A DNA stretch of 51,868 bases, taken from the NCBI GenBank assembly GCA_046153805.1, contig JBJXGJ010000197.1, positions 1 through 51,868 on the forward strand. The letters run 5' to 3'. This document shows positions 1-10,149 of the stretch, piece after piece. The notes below the pieces were generated by a model. That model was not told where the DNA came from, did no database searches, and saw only the letters and a list, made by a program, of their open reading frames with translations. Positions within the stretch are counted from its first letter, which is position 1. Every line of letters starts with the position of its first letter. Made by a program: the position numbers and the translations under genes. This DNA comes from Ferruginibacter sp. (GTDB taxonomy: Bacteria; Bacteroidota; Bacteroidia; Chitinophagales; Chitinophagaceae).

Positions 1-2
1 GT

Positions 3-218
3 GATTTAGACATATTAATAGAAATTGAATCTACAACACTCCCCTCTACAAAAAGAAATTTAGTAGTATGGACAAAAATGGATAATTATAAAGAGCTGAA
101 TTTCCCAAAGGATATATTTGTATATACCACACCCGAAATAATTAAATTTTCAGAAAATAGATATTCATTTTTAAGTTCGGCTTTAAAAAACAGTAAAATT
201 ATTTATGGATTTAATTAA
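3..218 (+). CDS. Minimal nucleotidyltransferase (MNT) antitoxin-like protein, 5'-truncated by window edge
   Basis: Manual translation of frame 3: DLDILIEIES...PKDIFVYTTPEI...IIYGFN*; DxD motif plus later Asp; overlaps start of HEPN gene. Confidence 0.75.
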   Translation, partial: DLDILIEIESTTLPSTKRNLVVWTKMDNYKELNFPKDIFVYTTPEIIKFSENRYSFLSSALKNSKIIYGFN

Positions 219-603
219 AATAAATAAAATACAAAAATGGTTGGACTTTGCAAGGGAGGATTTAGAAGTTGCGGAACATATTTTGAATGAATTAGAATTT
301 ACTGTTTTTAGAGCTGTATGTTTTAACAGTCAACAAAGTGCAGAGAAATATTTAAAAGCATATCAATTATATTTTGATTTAGAAATTGTAAAAACACATG
401 ATATAAATTATTTAATTTCTACTTTAAAAGAATTTGATAACGATATTGTGCAGCTAGAAATATTTGCAAAGCAATTAATAAATTATGCGGTCAAATACAA
501 ATATCCTGACGATTTTGAAGATTTGACAAAATTGAACGCACAAGAATCAATTCAAATAGCCAAACAATTACAACAGTTTATCTTAAGTAAAATAGTTTTA
601 TAA
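205..603 (+). CDS. HEPN domain protein
   Basis: WLDFAREDLEVA, QQSAEKYLKA, KTHDI and YPDD motifs typical of HEPN proteins paired with MNT. Confidence 0.85.
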   Translation: MDLIKINKIQKWLDFAREDLEVAEHILNELEFTVFRAVCFNSQQSAEKYLKAYQLYFDLEIVKTHDINYLISTLKEFDNDIVQLEIFAKQLINYAVKYKYPDDFEDLTKLNAQESIQIAKQLQQFILSKIVL

Positions 604-610
604 ATTAGTT

Positions 611-1672
611 ATGTTCCTATCAATCGAACTCGCAACCATAGTAGAAAAACTCGCACTCATTATTATAGTAGTAATGGGCTCGTTGGTTGTTGCCATGTAC
701 ACCACATTTGCAGAACGTAAAGTAGCCGGCTGGTTACAGGACAGACCAGGGCCAAACCGAGCTGGTCCATTCGGTATGTTTCAACCATTAGCAGATGGAT
801 TAAAACTTTTTTTTAAAGAAGAAATTATTCCAAACTTTTCATCTAAAGCATTATTCGTAATGGGTCCTGCTTTGGCAATGATGACAGCTATTATGACGAG
901 TGCTGTAATTCCATGGGGGGATAAAGTGATTTTATTTGACCGGGAAATTTCTTTACAAATAGCAGATATTAATATTGGAATTCTTTACGTTTTTGGCGTG
1001 GTAAGTTTGGGCGTGTATGGTATTATGATTGGTGCATGGGCGAGTAACAATAAATATTCATTAATGGGTGGTTTGCGTGCTGCCTCCCAAATTATAAGTT
1101 ACGAGCTTGCAATGGGTATTTCAATTATTGCCCTCCTCATGTTTACCGGTACTTTAAGTTTAAAAGAAATGGTTTTGCAACAGCAGGCCGGCCACTGGAA
1201 TATTTGGTACCAGCCACTTGGTTTTTTAATATTTATTATATGTGCATTTGCAGAGTGTAACCGCACACCTTTTGATTTGGCAGAAGCAGAGAGCGAATTA
1301 ATTGGTGGCTATCATACAGAATACTCTTCTATGAAATTGGGCTTTTACCTTTTTGCAGAGTACATAAATATGTTCATAAGCAGTGCGGTAATGGCAAGTC
1401 TATATTTTGGCGGGTACGATGTACCCTTCTTTAACGAAGCCGCTCATGCAGATATGGGCAATTGGCTTGCATTAATTGGGCTCGGCGCTTTTCTTATTAA
1501 GATTGTTATTTTCATATTCATATTTATGTGGGTGCGTTGGACGATACCAAGATTTCGTTAAGATCAAATGATGCATTTAGGATGGAGAATATTAATACCG
1601 TTGGCATTATTTAATATGTTAGCAACGGGCGCAATAATTTTGGCAAAAGAAAATCAGATGTTGTGGTGGTAA
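611..1672 (+). CDS. nuoH: NADH-quinone oxidoreductase subunit H, interrupted by in-frame TAA at 1559-1561
   Basis: ERKV..QDRPGPNR, NRTPFDLAEAESEL, WVRWTIPRFR; after the TAA the same frame continues DQMMHLGWRILIPLALFNMLATG...WW* to 1672. Confidence 0.92.
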
Positions 1673-1753
1673 TTTAGTGATTGGTTGAATAGTTGGTTGA
1701 CAACTTCGCTTAATGAAAAAGAGTTTAAGAGTTTAGAGTAATGAATTTGGTTA

Positions 1754-1788
1754 TCGAAAATCTTATATCTAGAATCTTGTGTCTTTCT
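1754..1788 (+). repeat. Degenerate 7-bp tandem repeat (TCTnnnn)
   Basis: tcgaaaa tcttata tctagaa tcttgtg tctttct. Confidence 0.55.
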
Positions 1789-1826
1789 TGGGGCTGTAAA
1801 AATTCGTTCTTTATTCATCATTTAAT

Positions 1827-1906
1827 CGGGCTGTCTGTAGTAGTGCCGCCTCAAATTAATTCTGCTTTAAAGGTTTTTCAGGCGGCAGCTACTACTGCCC
1901 ATCCCG
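1827..1906. repeat. REP-like imperfect inverted repeat
   Basis: cgggctgtctgtagtagtgccgcct (1827-1851) pairs imperfectly with aggcggcagctactactgcccatcccg (1880-1906). Confidence 0.6.
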
Positions 1907-2173
1907 CAGCCCTTCGGCAGAAAATCTTGTTTCATCTTTTTACCTAAAAATAGATCGACACGAAGAATAAAAATATTAAAAACTAAAGATTCGCATAAAG
2001 AGTATTAAACCATTATTTTTGCGAAAATAAAAAATGGACAGTTGCATCTCGGTAAACAACAATTAGCATAAATAAATCATTTCTTCAGGTAAAACCCTTA
2101 AAAGAAATTGATTTTGAAAAAACAAAAAAGTATTGCTCGCATAATATCGAGCAAATAAAAATAAAAATATAAA

Positions 2174-2728
2174 ATGCAGGCATTAACCAATAGAGCACAA
2201 CAAGTATCCCGAAAACCAATGAGTTTTATGGAACGTTTATACCTGCCCGCCATTTTTAAAGGAATGCTTATCACTTTTAAGCATATTTTTACCCGTAACC
2301 CTACTATACATTATCCTGAACAAAAGCGTAGTTTCAGCCCGGTTTTTCGTGGGTTACAAATATTAAACAGAGATGAAGAGGGGAGAGAAAATTGTACTGC
2401 TTGTGGCTTATGCGCAGTTGCCTGCCCAGCAGAAGCTATTACAATGGAAGCTGCAGAAAGATTACCCGGAGAAGAACATTTATACAGAGAAGAAAAATAT
2501 GCAGCCAAATACGAAATAAATATGTTGCGTTGCATATTTTGTGGATTGTGCGAAGAGGCTTGCCCCAAAGATGCCATCTATCTTAGTGAAACCTTTACCC
2601 CGGCAGATTACCAGAGAAAACAATTCGTCTACAATAAAGAAGATTTGCTCATCCCAAATCCTATCACAGATAAGGAAGCATACAACAAAGCATTGGGTAA
2701 CAGGCAAAAAAAACAATTGGATAATTAA
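2174..2728 (+). CDS. nuoI: NADH-quinone oxidoreductase subunit I
   Basis: Two CxxCxxCxxxCP ferredoxin motifs (CTACGLCAVACP, CIFCGLCEEACP); operon position. Confidence 0.96.
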   Translation: MQALTNRAQQVSRKPMSFMERLYLPAIFKGMLITFKHIFTRNPTIHYPEQKRSFSPVFRGLQILNRDEEGRENCTACGLCAVACPAEAITMEAAERLPGEEHLYREEKYAAKYEINMLRCIFCGLCEEACPKDAIYLSETFTPADYQRKQFVYNKEDLLIPNPITDKEAYNKALGNRQKKQLDN

Positions 2729-2733
2729 GTAAA

Positions 2734-3231
2734 ATGGGTATCACTACAATTTCTTTTATTCTACTTTCTATTATGGCCATTGCAAGTGGCATCATGATGA
2801 TTTTAAGTAAAAATCCGGTAAACAGCATTCTCTGGCTTATCGTTTTATTTTTTGCTATTTCAGGCCACTATATTTTATTGAATGCCCAGTTTTTAGCCAT
2901 TGTAAACATCATTGTTTACGCAGGCGCAATAATGGTGTTGTTTTTATTTGTTGTGATGCTTATGAACCTAAATGCAGAGAGCGAGCCTGTTAAAAATAGA
3001 CGGCTTCAGTTCATTGCTATTATTTCAGGCGGTAGTTTATTGCTTGTTTTACTGTCAGCAGTGATGTCAGTAAAAGACTTGCATCCTGTAATGGTTGCCG
3101 GTGGAAATGCCGGGTTAATAAAAACGCTTGGTAAAGTTCTTTTTACGGATTATGTGTTGCCTTTTGAAATAAGCAGCGTTTTGTTTTTGAGCGCTATGGT
3201 TGGGGCGGTTGTTATTGGTAAAAAGGATTAA
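2734..3231 (+). CDS. nuoJ: NADH-quinone oxidoreductase subunit J
   Basis: KNPVNS, VYAGAIMVLFLFVVML, LPFEISSV motifs. Confidence 0.95.
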   Translation: MGITTISFILLSIMAIASGIMMILSKNPVNSILWLIVLFFAISGHYILLNAQFLAIVNIIVYAGAIMVLFLFVVMLMNLNAESEPVKNRRLQFIAIISGGSLLLVLLSAVMSVKDLHPVMVAGGNAGLIKTLGKVLFTDYVLPFEISSVLFLSAMVGAVVIGKKD

Positions 3232-3619
3232 AAGTAAAGGTTTTAGATAAAAGATTTGTATCTAAAAATTGAACTGGAATTTAGGTTAGCTAAATCCGAA
3301 GGTGTACGGTAACCACCATTTACAGTGCAATACGAGTAATAGTAGGCACAGAAAAATTTGACAACAAAATGGTGAGGCAAATACTTACACCGGCAATTGC
3401 CTCATTTGTAACAGGTATTGTAACAAAAATACTTACCAAAAAAGCATCTAACAAAGCGGAGGATATTTTTGATGGTGTGGTAAAGAAAAAAGTAAAAGAT
3501 ATTTTTGGTATACACGTGCATCATCACAAGGGGTTGGAATGGCAGTTTATGTGAAATTGTATTCTTATGAATGTTAAATTCTGGTGCATTTTAAAGAAGT
3601 AGAAGGCTAAAAATTAATT

Positions 3620-3952
3620 ATGGATATTAAGGCATACATAGCGTTATCGCTCACATTATTTAGCATAGGTATCCTTGGGGTACTTACACGCAAAAATGCT
3701 ATTATTGTATTTATGTGTGTAGAAGTAATGTTGAATGCGGTAAACTTATTACTGGTAGCTTTTTCTAATATGCATGCTGCAAGTGCGACAGCAAAAGCAC
3801 TACCAACTTTTGCAAGCGATGCCCAAATTTTTGTTTTTTTTATAATGATTGTGGCAGCCGCAGAAGTTAGTGTAGGACTTTCCATCATTGTAATGTTGTA
3901 CAGAAATACACATAGTATAGATGTGAATTTTTTAAACCGATTGAAAAATTAA
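3620..3952 (+). CDS. nuoK: NADH-quinone oxidoreductase subunit K
   Basis: VEVMLNAVNL, VAAAEVSVGL motifs. Confidence 0.95.
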   Translation: MDIKAYIALSLTLFSIGILGVLTRKNAIIVFMCVEVMLNAVNLLLVAFSNMHAASATAKALPTFASDAQIFVFFIMIVAAAEVSVGLSIIVMLYRNTHSIDVNFLNRLKN

Positions 3953-3982
3953 AATTGATAATTTGATGACGCCATAAGAAGG

Positions 3983-4016
3983 TCTTATGTCTAAATCTCT
4001 TATCTTATGTCTTTTA
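3983..4016 (+). repeat. Degenerate 7-bp tandem repeat (TCTnnnn)
   Basis: tcttatg tctaaa tctctta tcttatg tctttta at the nuoL start. Confidence 0.5.
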
Positions 4017-5929
4017 TGAACAATATTTTACAAATAGTATGGCTTATACCTTTTTTGCCTTTGGTAGGTTTTCTTATCACAGGTTTAATGAGAAATAATT
4101 TATCTAAATCAGCAGCAGGTATTATAGCAAGTGCGGCTATTTTTGCATCATTTGCACTTAGTGTTTTTGTTTTTTTTCAGGTGAAAGCCGGTAATACACA
4201 CGTTGCACATTATTTCGATTTGTTTCGCATCAGCAGCTTAACGGTCGCTTTCGAGTTTATAGTTGACCAGCTGTCTGCTTTATTCCTTCTCATTATTACA
4301 GGTGTTGGTTTTCTTATTCATGTATATTCAACTTCGTACATGCATGACGAAGATTCAAAAGACTTTGCAAAATACTTTTCTTATTTAAATTTATTTGTGT
4401 TTTCTATGTTACTGCTTGTAATAGGTGGTAATTATGTAATTATGTTTTTTGGTTGGGAAGGTGTAGGTCTTTGCTCGTATTTGTTAATAGGATATTGGTT
4501 TAAAAATAACGACTACACCAATGCAGCAAAAAAGGCATTCATTATGAATCGCATTGGCGATCTTGGTTTCTTGCTCGGGTTATTCTGGCTCATTTCAATA
4601 ATAGGAACGGTTAGTTACGACGAAGTTTTTTCAACAGTTAATCTTGCTAAATTATCAACAGCAGATGTTACCGGTATTACCCTGTTGTTTTTTGTTGGTG
4701 CCTGCGGAAAGAGTGCTCAGATACCTTTATATACTTGGTTGCCAGATGCGATGGCTGGCCCAACTCCTGTGAGTGCACTTATACACGCAGCCACCATGGT
4801 AACAGCAGGTATTTACATGATTGCACGTAGCAATATTTTGTACACGATGGCACCGGCTACTCAAAATGTTGTTGCAATTATAGGTCTAACCACAGCAATT
4901 CTTGCAGCTACTATCGCTATTAAGCAAAACGATATTAAAAAAGTATTGGCTTACTCAACTGTGAGCCAGTTAGGTTATATGTTTTTAGGATTAGGCGTTG
5001 GTGCATATACCGGTGCCGTTTTTCATGTAATGACACATGCTTTTTTTAAAGCGCTATTATTCCTTGGTGCTGGTAGCGTAATACATACAATGGGTGGCGA
5101 ACAAGATATGCGCAACATGGGCGGGTTGAAAAATTACATGAGTATTACTAATATGACTTTCCTTTTAGGCTGTATTGCCATTGCGGGTATGCCACCGTTC
5201 TCAGGCTTCTTTTCTAAAGATGAAATACTCGCCGGTGCCTTTGCAAACAATTCGCTTTTGTGGGGTATTGGTGTTGCAGGAGCAATGATGACCGCCTTTT
5301 ATATGTTCCGTTTGTACGCTATGACCTTCCTAGGAAAATTTAGAGGAACCCACGAACAGGAACATCATTTACACGAAAGTCCAAAAACAATTACATTGCC
5401 TTTAATAGTATTGGCAATTTTAGCTGTAGTTGGTGGTTGGGTAGGAATACCAGAAATATTTTTACATGGCGGACATAAATTGGAAGCATTTTTAGAGCCG
5501 GTGTTTGCGAAAAGCAACGCGATTGCGGTAAAACATGAAATGAGCCACAACACAGAATTTCTTATAATGGGAGTTTCAGTTTTACTTTCTTTGCTCTCTT
5601 TATTGTTTGGGTTAAAAATATTCAGTAATTATAAAAAAGAAAATGAAGTACCTGCAATAGGGCTTGCAAAAGTGCTGAAAAATAAATGGTATGTTGACGA
5701 GATTTATAATAAAATAATTACGCAACCACTTCGTGCACTTTCCGTGTTTTTAAATAATGTAGTTGAGAAAAAAGGAATAGATGGCTTCGTGAACGGCACG
5801 GGTAAGTTTGTAAATTATGGTAGCCGCCAGTTACGTTGGTTGCAAAGCGGGCAGGTAGGCGCTTATATTTTGCTTATGGTTATTGGAATGTTAGTGTTAT
5901 TTATTATACAACTCTTTATAAAAAATTAG
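4007..5929 (+). CDS. nuoL: NADH-quinone oxidoreductase subunit L (start could be ATG 4016)
   Basis: GWEGVGLCSYLLIG, GKSAQIPLYTWLPDAMAGPTPVSALIHAATMV, HAFFKALLFL. Confidence 0.96.
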   Translation: MSFMNNILQIVWLIPFLPLVGFLITGLMRNNLSKSAAGIIASAAIFASFALSVFVFFQVKAGNTHVAHYFDLFRISSLTVAFEFIVDQLSALFLLIITGVGFLIHVYSTSYMHDEDSKDFAKYFSYLNLFVFSMLLLVIGGNYVIMFFGWEGVGLCSYLLIGYWFKNNDYTNAAKKAFIMNRIGDLGFLLGLFWLISIIGTVSYDEVFSTVNLAKLSTADVTGITLLFFVGACGKSAQIPLYTWLPDAMAGPTPVSALIHAATMVTAGIYMIARSNILYTMAPATQNVVAIIGLTTAILAATIAIKQNDIKKVLAYSTVSQLGYMFLGLGVGAYTGAVFHVMTHAFFKALLFLGAGSVIHTMGGEQDMRNMGGLKNYMSITNMTFLLGCIAIAGMPPFSGFFSKDEILAGAFANNSLLWGIGVAGAMMTAFYMFRLYAMTFLGKFRGTHEQEHHLHESPKTITLPLIVLAILAVVGGWVGIPEIFLHGGHKLEAFLEPVFAKSNAIAVKHEMSHNTEFLIMGVSVLLSLLSLLFGLKIFSNYKKENEVPAIGLAKVLKNKWYVDEIYNKIITQPLRALSVFLNNVVEKKGIDGFVNGTGKFVNYGSRQLRWLQSGQVGAYILLMVIGMLVLFIIQLFIKN

Positions 5930-5932
5930 GCT

Positions 5933-7417
5933 TTGGGTACTTTTACTACTTTTCCTGAATTATTACTTTGGTCGCCATTACTGGTGGGTATTATTTGTTT
6001 TTTCGTAAAAACTGAAGCCGTTGCAAAATCCGTGGCATTTTGTGGTTCATTGGCTGTATTAGGTATTGCACTTTCGTCGCTTTTTTATACAGATCCAAAA
6101 TTCCTTACCTATAACGCCGTAAATTATACTTGGCTGAAAGACCTTGGTACCAGCTTTTATGTTTCGCTAGATGGCGCAGGGCGCATCCTTACTTTGCTCA
6201 CGGCTGTTGCATTCCCTATTATTTTTCTGACAACTTATAAAAACAGTTATAAAAATGCAGGTGGTTTTTATGGGTTAATGCTGCTTGCCCAATGTGGGTT
6301 AATGGGCGTATTTGTTGCTAAAGATGCGCTTGTATTCTATTTTTTCTGGGAGCTTGCGTTAATACCTGTTTATTTTTTATGCAGTCGTTGGGGTGGCGAA
6401 AAGCGCATACAGGCAACTTTTAAGTTTTTTGTATATACTTTTTTAGGCTCTCTTTTAATGCTTACCGGTATCATATATGTTTACTTGCATACGGGCCCAA
6501 GAATAAGCGAAGGTGTTGTAGTGGCGCTTCATTCTTTTTCATTAGATGCATTTTATAGAGCAACACTTTCTGCAGCTGAACAGGGTTGGTTATTTTGGTT
6601 ATTCTTTATAGCCTTTGCAATAAAAATGCCCATTTTCCCTTTTCATACATGGCAGCCAGATGCTTATGACCAGTCGCCAACAGCAACAACGATGGTGCTC
6701 TCGGGTATTATGGTTAAGATGGGTTTGTTCGGTGTTATTAAATGGCTGATACCGATTTTCCCTTTAGCCGTGCCTAAGTTTGCTAATGCTGTAATGATAC
6801 TTTCTATTATAGGAATTATATATGCCAGTTGTATTGCAATGGTGCAGGACAATTTGAAAAAACTAGTTGCTTATTCTTCTATTGCGCATATTGGTTTAAT
6901 GTGTGCAGCCATTTTTGCGATGAACGAAATGAGCCTACAAGGCATAATGATACAAATGTTTAGCCATGGAATAAACATAATAGGTTTGTGGGTCGTGATA
7001 GAATTGATAGAACAGCAAACTGGTGTGAAAAAAATGAGTGAACTCGGTGGTGTAGCACACAATGCACCTGTACTTACAATAATGCTCATCATAATAGCAT
7101 TTGCAAATATTGCCTTACCGCTCACAAATGCATTTGTAGGCGAGTTTATGATGTTTGCCGGCATTTACCAGCACAGCATTTGGATGGCAGCAGTTGCCGG
7201 ATTAAGTATTATACTTGCTGCTGTGTACACACTTAACATGATTCAAAAAGTTTTTTACGGCAATACTAATAATGTAACAGAAACAATGAATGATATTTCA
7301 TTTGCACAAAAACTTGGTCTTGCCTTGATAGTTGTTATGATATTTGCTTTTGGCGTGTATCCACAACCAATGATTGACCTTGCAAAAGAAGCTGTGAATG
7401 GATTGGCAATTAAATAG
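5933..7417 (+). CDS. nuoM: NADH-quinone oxidoreductase subunit M (TTG start)
   Basis: FYFFWE, AFAIKMPIFPFHTW, KKLVAYSSIAH, FVGEF. Confidence 0.95.
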   Translation: MGTFTTFPELLLWSPLLVGIICFFVKTEAVAKSVAFCGSLAVLGIALSSLFYTDPKFLTYNAVNYTWLKDLGTSFYVSLDGAGRILTLLTAVAFPIIFLTTYKNSYKNAGGFYGLMLLAQCGLMGVFVAKDALVFYFFWELALIPVYFLCSRWGGEKRIQATFKFFVYTFLGSLLMLTGIIYVYLHTGPRISEGVVVALHSFSLDAFYRATLSAAEQGWLFWLFFIAFAIKMPIFPFHTWQPDAYDQSPTATTMVLSGIMVKMGLFGVIKWLIPIFPLAVPKFANAVMILSIIGIIYASCIAMVQDNLKKLVAYSSIAHIGLMCAAIFAMNEMSLQGIMIQMFSHGINIIGLWVVIELIEQQTGVKKMSELGGVAHNAPVLTIMLIIIAFANIALPLTNAFVGEFMMFAGIYQHSIWMAAVAGLSIILAAVYTLNMIQKVFYGNTNNVTETMNDISFAQKLGLALIVVMIFAFGVYPQPMIDLAKEAVNGLAIK

Positions 7418-7536
7418 TTGATTTGTTTTTAGTTGATTGGTTTTAAAAACGACTATTGTGAAATGGTCTGCTGACATGATAGGCTAAATTGGATTAAATT
7501 TAAAAACAGAGAATTAGATAGATAGGCGAACTTTAA

Positions 7537-7571
7537 TCTTGTGTCTCACATCTAATATCTCATATCTAAAT
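7537..7571 (+). repeat. 7-bp tandem repeat, 5 copies (TCTnnnn)
   Basis: tcttgtg tctcaca tctaata tctcata tctaaat just before nuoN ATG. Confidence 0.7.
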
Positions 7572-7573
7572 GT

Positions 7574-8974
7574 ATGAATGCAATTTTATTTTCTGCAATA
7601 TGGGGCGTTATTATGATGTTCTCCGGTGTGTTTATTAAAAGTAAGACCACGCCGAAATATCTAGCTATTGCAGGTATCATCCTTCTTTTTATAGTGAATG
7701 CGGTTGAGTTAAATGTATTTAATACAGGCTCTCTTCATGTTGAAATAGATACGAAAGAAATGCTGAATATTAAAAGCGCCAACCTTGCTTTTCTTGCTGT
7801 CGTATTTGCAAGCACCTTGCTATTCTTTTTGTTAAATGGGAGAGATGTAGAGAAGGTTGGTGAGCATGTAGGAGAATACTTCGCCTTAATCTTTTTTGTA
7901 TTGTGCGGCGTAAGTATTGTGGTCACATACAATACCTTATTGCTGTTGTTTTTAGGGATAGAAATTATGTCAATTCCTTTGTACATACTTACAGGCAGTG
8001 ATAAACGAAACTTAAAAAGCAATGAAGCATCGCTAAAGTATTTTTTAATGGGTGCTTTTTCAACCGGTATTATGTTGATGGGTATTGCATTTATTTATGG
8101 AGGCAACCCAAACGGATCTTTTTTTATTAATAATCTACAAATGGGTGAGGGGCCCATGCCCGTTATGATGGCTGTTGGGCTTGTATTTATGATGATCGCT
8201 TTGTCTTTTAAAGTATCTGCTGCACCTTTTCATTTTTGGACGCCAGATGTATATGACGGAGCTCCAACTGTGTTCACTTCTTTTATGAGTACTATTGTAA
8301 AAGTAGCGGGCTTTTTTGCATTTGTTCGTTTGTTTGAAAACTCATTTGGTAAGGTACAAGGGCAATGGCAAAACCTAATTGTATTTATTACGGTGGCTAC
8401 ATTGTTAATAGGCAATATCACGGCCGTTTTTCAACAGAGTGTAAAGCGTATGCTCGCTTATTCAAGCATAGCCCAGGCAGGGTTTATGATGCTTGCTGTA
8501 TTTGCCTTAAATGATAGGGCACAAGAAGGATTGTTATTGTACGCCGCGGCTTACAGCATTGCCACCATTGGTATATTTGCTGTGCTAATAAAAATGAAAG
8601 ATTACACCATAGACGGCTTTAATGGTTTGAGTAAATCACAACCTTTGCTGGCATTGTGCACAACAATATTCCTGTTATCACTTACGGGGGTTCCGCTAAC
8701 GGCAGGGTTTCAAAGTAAGTTTTTTATGTTGATGGCCGCCGGAGAAGTTACCGGTAAATTTTGGCTGATAATTGTTGCAGTTATATTTGCAGCTATCAGC
8801 GCTTATTATTATTTCCGTGTTATACAGGCAATGTATTTTAAAGAACCATCAGATACGGTTATTGAAGCAGGGGATGTTACCATGGGCTTTAAAATAGTGC
8901 TGGCAATCTGTGCTGTTCTTATTATTGCCATTGGTATTTATCCAGAGTTTGTGCTGGGGTGGATGTATCATTGA
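7574..8974 (+). CDS. nuoN: NADH-quinone oxidoreductase subunit N
   Basis: EASLKYF, FKVSAAPFHFWTPDVYDGAP, KRMLAYSSIAQ, AYYYFRVI. Confidence 0.96.
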   Translation: MNAILFSAIWGVIMMFSGVFIKSKTTPKYLAIAGIILLFIVNAVELNVFNTGSLHVEIDTKEMLNIKSANLAFLAVVFASTLLFFLLNGRDVEKVGEHVGEYFALIFFVLCGVSIVVTYNTLLLLFLGIEIMSIPLYILTGSDKRNLKSNEASLKYFLMGAFSTGIMLMGIAFIYGGNPNGSFFINNLQMGEGPMPVMMAVGLVFMMIALSFKVSAAPFHFWTPDVYDGAPTVFTSFMSTIVKVAGFFAFVRLFENSFGKVQGQWQNLIVFITVATLLIGNITAVFQQSVKRMLAYSSIAQAGFMMLAVFALNDRAQEGLLLYAAAYSIATIGIFAVLIKMKDYTIDGFNGLSKSQPLLALCTTIFLLSLTGVPLTAGFQSKFFMLMAAGEVTGKFWLIIVAVIFAAISAYYYFRVIQAMYFKEPSDTVIEAGDVTMGFKIVLAICAVLIIAIGIYPEFVLGWMYH

Positions 8975-9028
8975 GTGTTGTTTTCCATTTAATTATAAGT
9001 CTTTTATACCAACAAGTAAATTGTTGAG

Positions 9029-9217
9029 ATGAAAATATATTTTTCATTACTGCTTTGCTGTGTATTGTTATCAAGTAATGTGTTTGCTCAAATTAACTTA
9101 CAGCGAAAAGAACACAGCATTTTAAAAGTAATTGCGAAGTCAAACAAAATAGAGACCATCTGTAACGGATGTTTAGACATTGCTAAACAGTACACAGCAC
9201 ACAAAACGCGGTGTTAG
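9029..9217 (+). pseudogene. N-terminal fragment of a secreted protein
   Basis: Signal peptide MKIYFSLLLCCVLLSSNVFA; ORF stops at the TAG within GTTAGCGGAAAT (putative cassette junction). Confidence 0.4.
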
Positions 9218-9290
9218 CGGAAATATGGTGACACCATTCTAATTTTCGAGATAAAGACTGACTGAAAATATTAAATGAACATTTAGACTG

Positions 9291-9578
9291 TTGAAAACGA
9301 TGATTAAAAAATATAGCAAATGGTATCGCAACTTGATACCCTTGCGGAAGTTGACTGTATCGTTTATTTTGAATTGGTTTTATTGGCTCATCGCATGGTT
9401 GATTGCAGAGCAACTATTTTTTGACGAAAACCGTTCATGGAACTACTACTTTTTCCATGCAACATGGATGGCTTTCTTTATGACAATTCCTTTCAATTGG
9501 AAAGAATTAAAACAAATCGTTAAACCCCATAACCAGAAGAACCAAAATCCTGAAACGGAGACTGGACAAAATCTATAA
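9291..9578 (+). CDS. Small Trp-rich membrane protein, hypothetical
   Basis: 95-aa ORF with two hydrophobic aromatic segments. Confidence 0.6.
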   Translation: MKTMIKKYSKWYRNLIPLRKLTVSFILNWFYWLIAWLIAEQLFFDENRSWNYYFFHATWMAFFMTIPFNWKELKQIVKPHNQKNQNPETETGQNL

Positions 9579-9801
9579 AAAACTACGCTCGACAAGTCGA
9601 ACTATTTTTGCAAATGTGGAATGCTTTTGTACTAATATGTTTTGAATGGCAGACACGGAAAAGCATTTGTGTATGACGGCTTAATTTGTACTTTGCTTAA
9701 TCATTACCTACCTTATTTTTAGACGCAAACAGTGAAGTTCCAGTTTTATTGACAAAATGCAAATGAAAGAGGAAGGGCAAAAACAGTTAAAGCGAACGAA
9801 C

Positions 9802-9997
9802 ACTTCTGCTAACAATGGGTTTTGTGCAAGTGCGGCTTGAAGTTGTAGCAATCAACATCAACAACATAGCGGCAGTTGTTCGGGCGGGGCAAACATCGCT
9901 AAACATTAGTTCTTAATATTTATCTTTACCAAAAGCCGGGCAGCGGCTACGGGCAGAAGGAATTCTAATGCCACACCTGACACAAAGCCCCAAAACG
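9802..9997 (+). repeat. Degenerate attC-like long imperfect palindrome
   Basis: Begins ACTTCTGCTAAC; gggttttgtgcaagtgcggc (9817-9836) pairs with gccacacctgacacaaagccc (9970-9990); terminal GTT core missing. Confidence 0.5.
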
Positions 9998-10149
9998 AGA
10001 GAAACAGAATGTATAAATAAAACAATTTTTAAGATAGAACAGTCAAGAGATAGGAAATTGATGGCTAAATATTATATAAAAGTCACCGATCGAACAGTTT
10101 TCCAACACAAGAAAGAAGGGCTCTTGCCATAAAAGCCATTGGCAAAGGT

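Noticed and set aside
1559-1561. Stop-codon reassignment (TAA read as Tyr)
   Set aside because: TAA terminates most other genes in the window at their expected ends; a single instance is better explained by error or point mutation
1741-1947. 68-aa ORF between nuoH and nuoI
   Set aside because: Runs through heptamer repeats and a REP-like palindrome; likely spurious
3369-3554. 61-aa ORF between nuoJ and nuoK
   Set aside because: No recognisable motif; may be a remnant but cannot be supported as a gene
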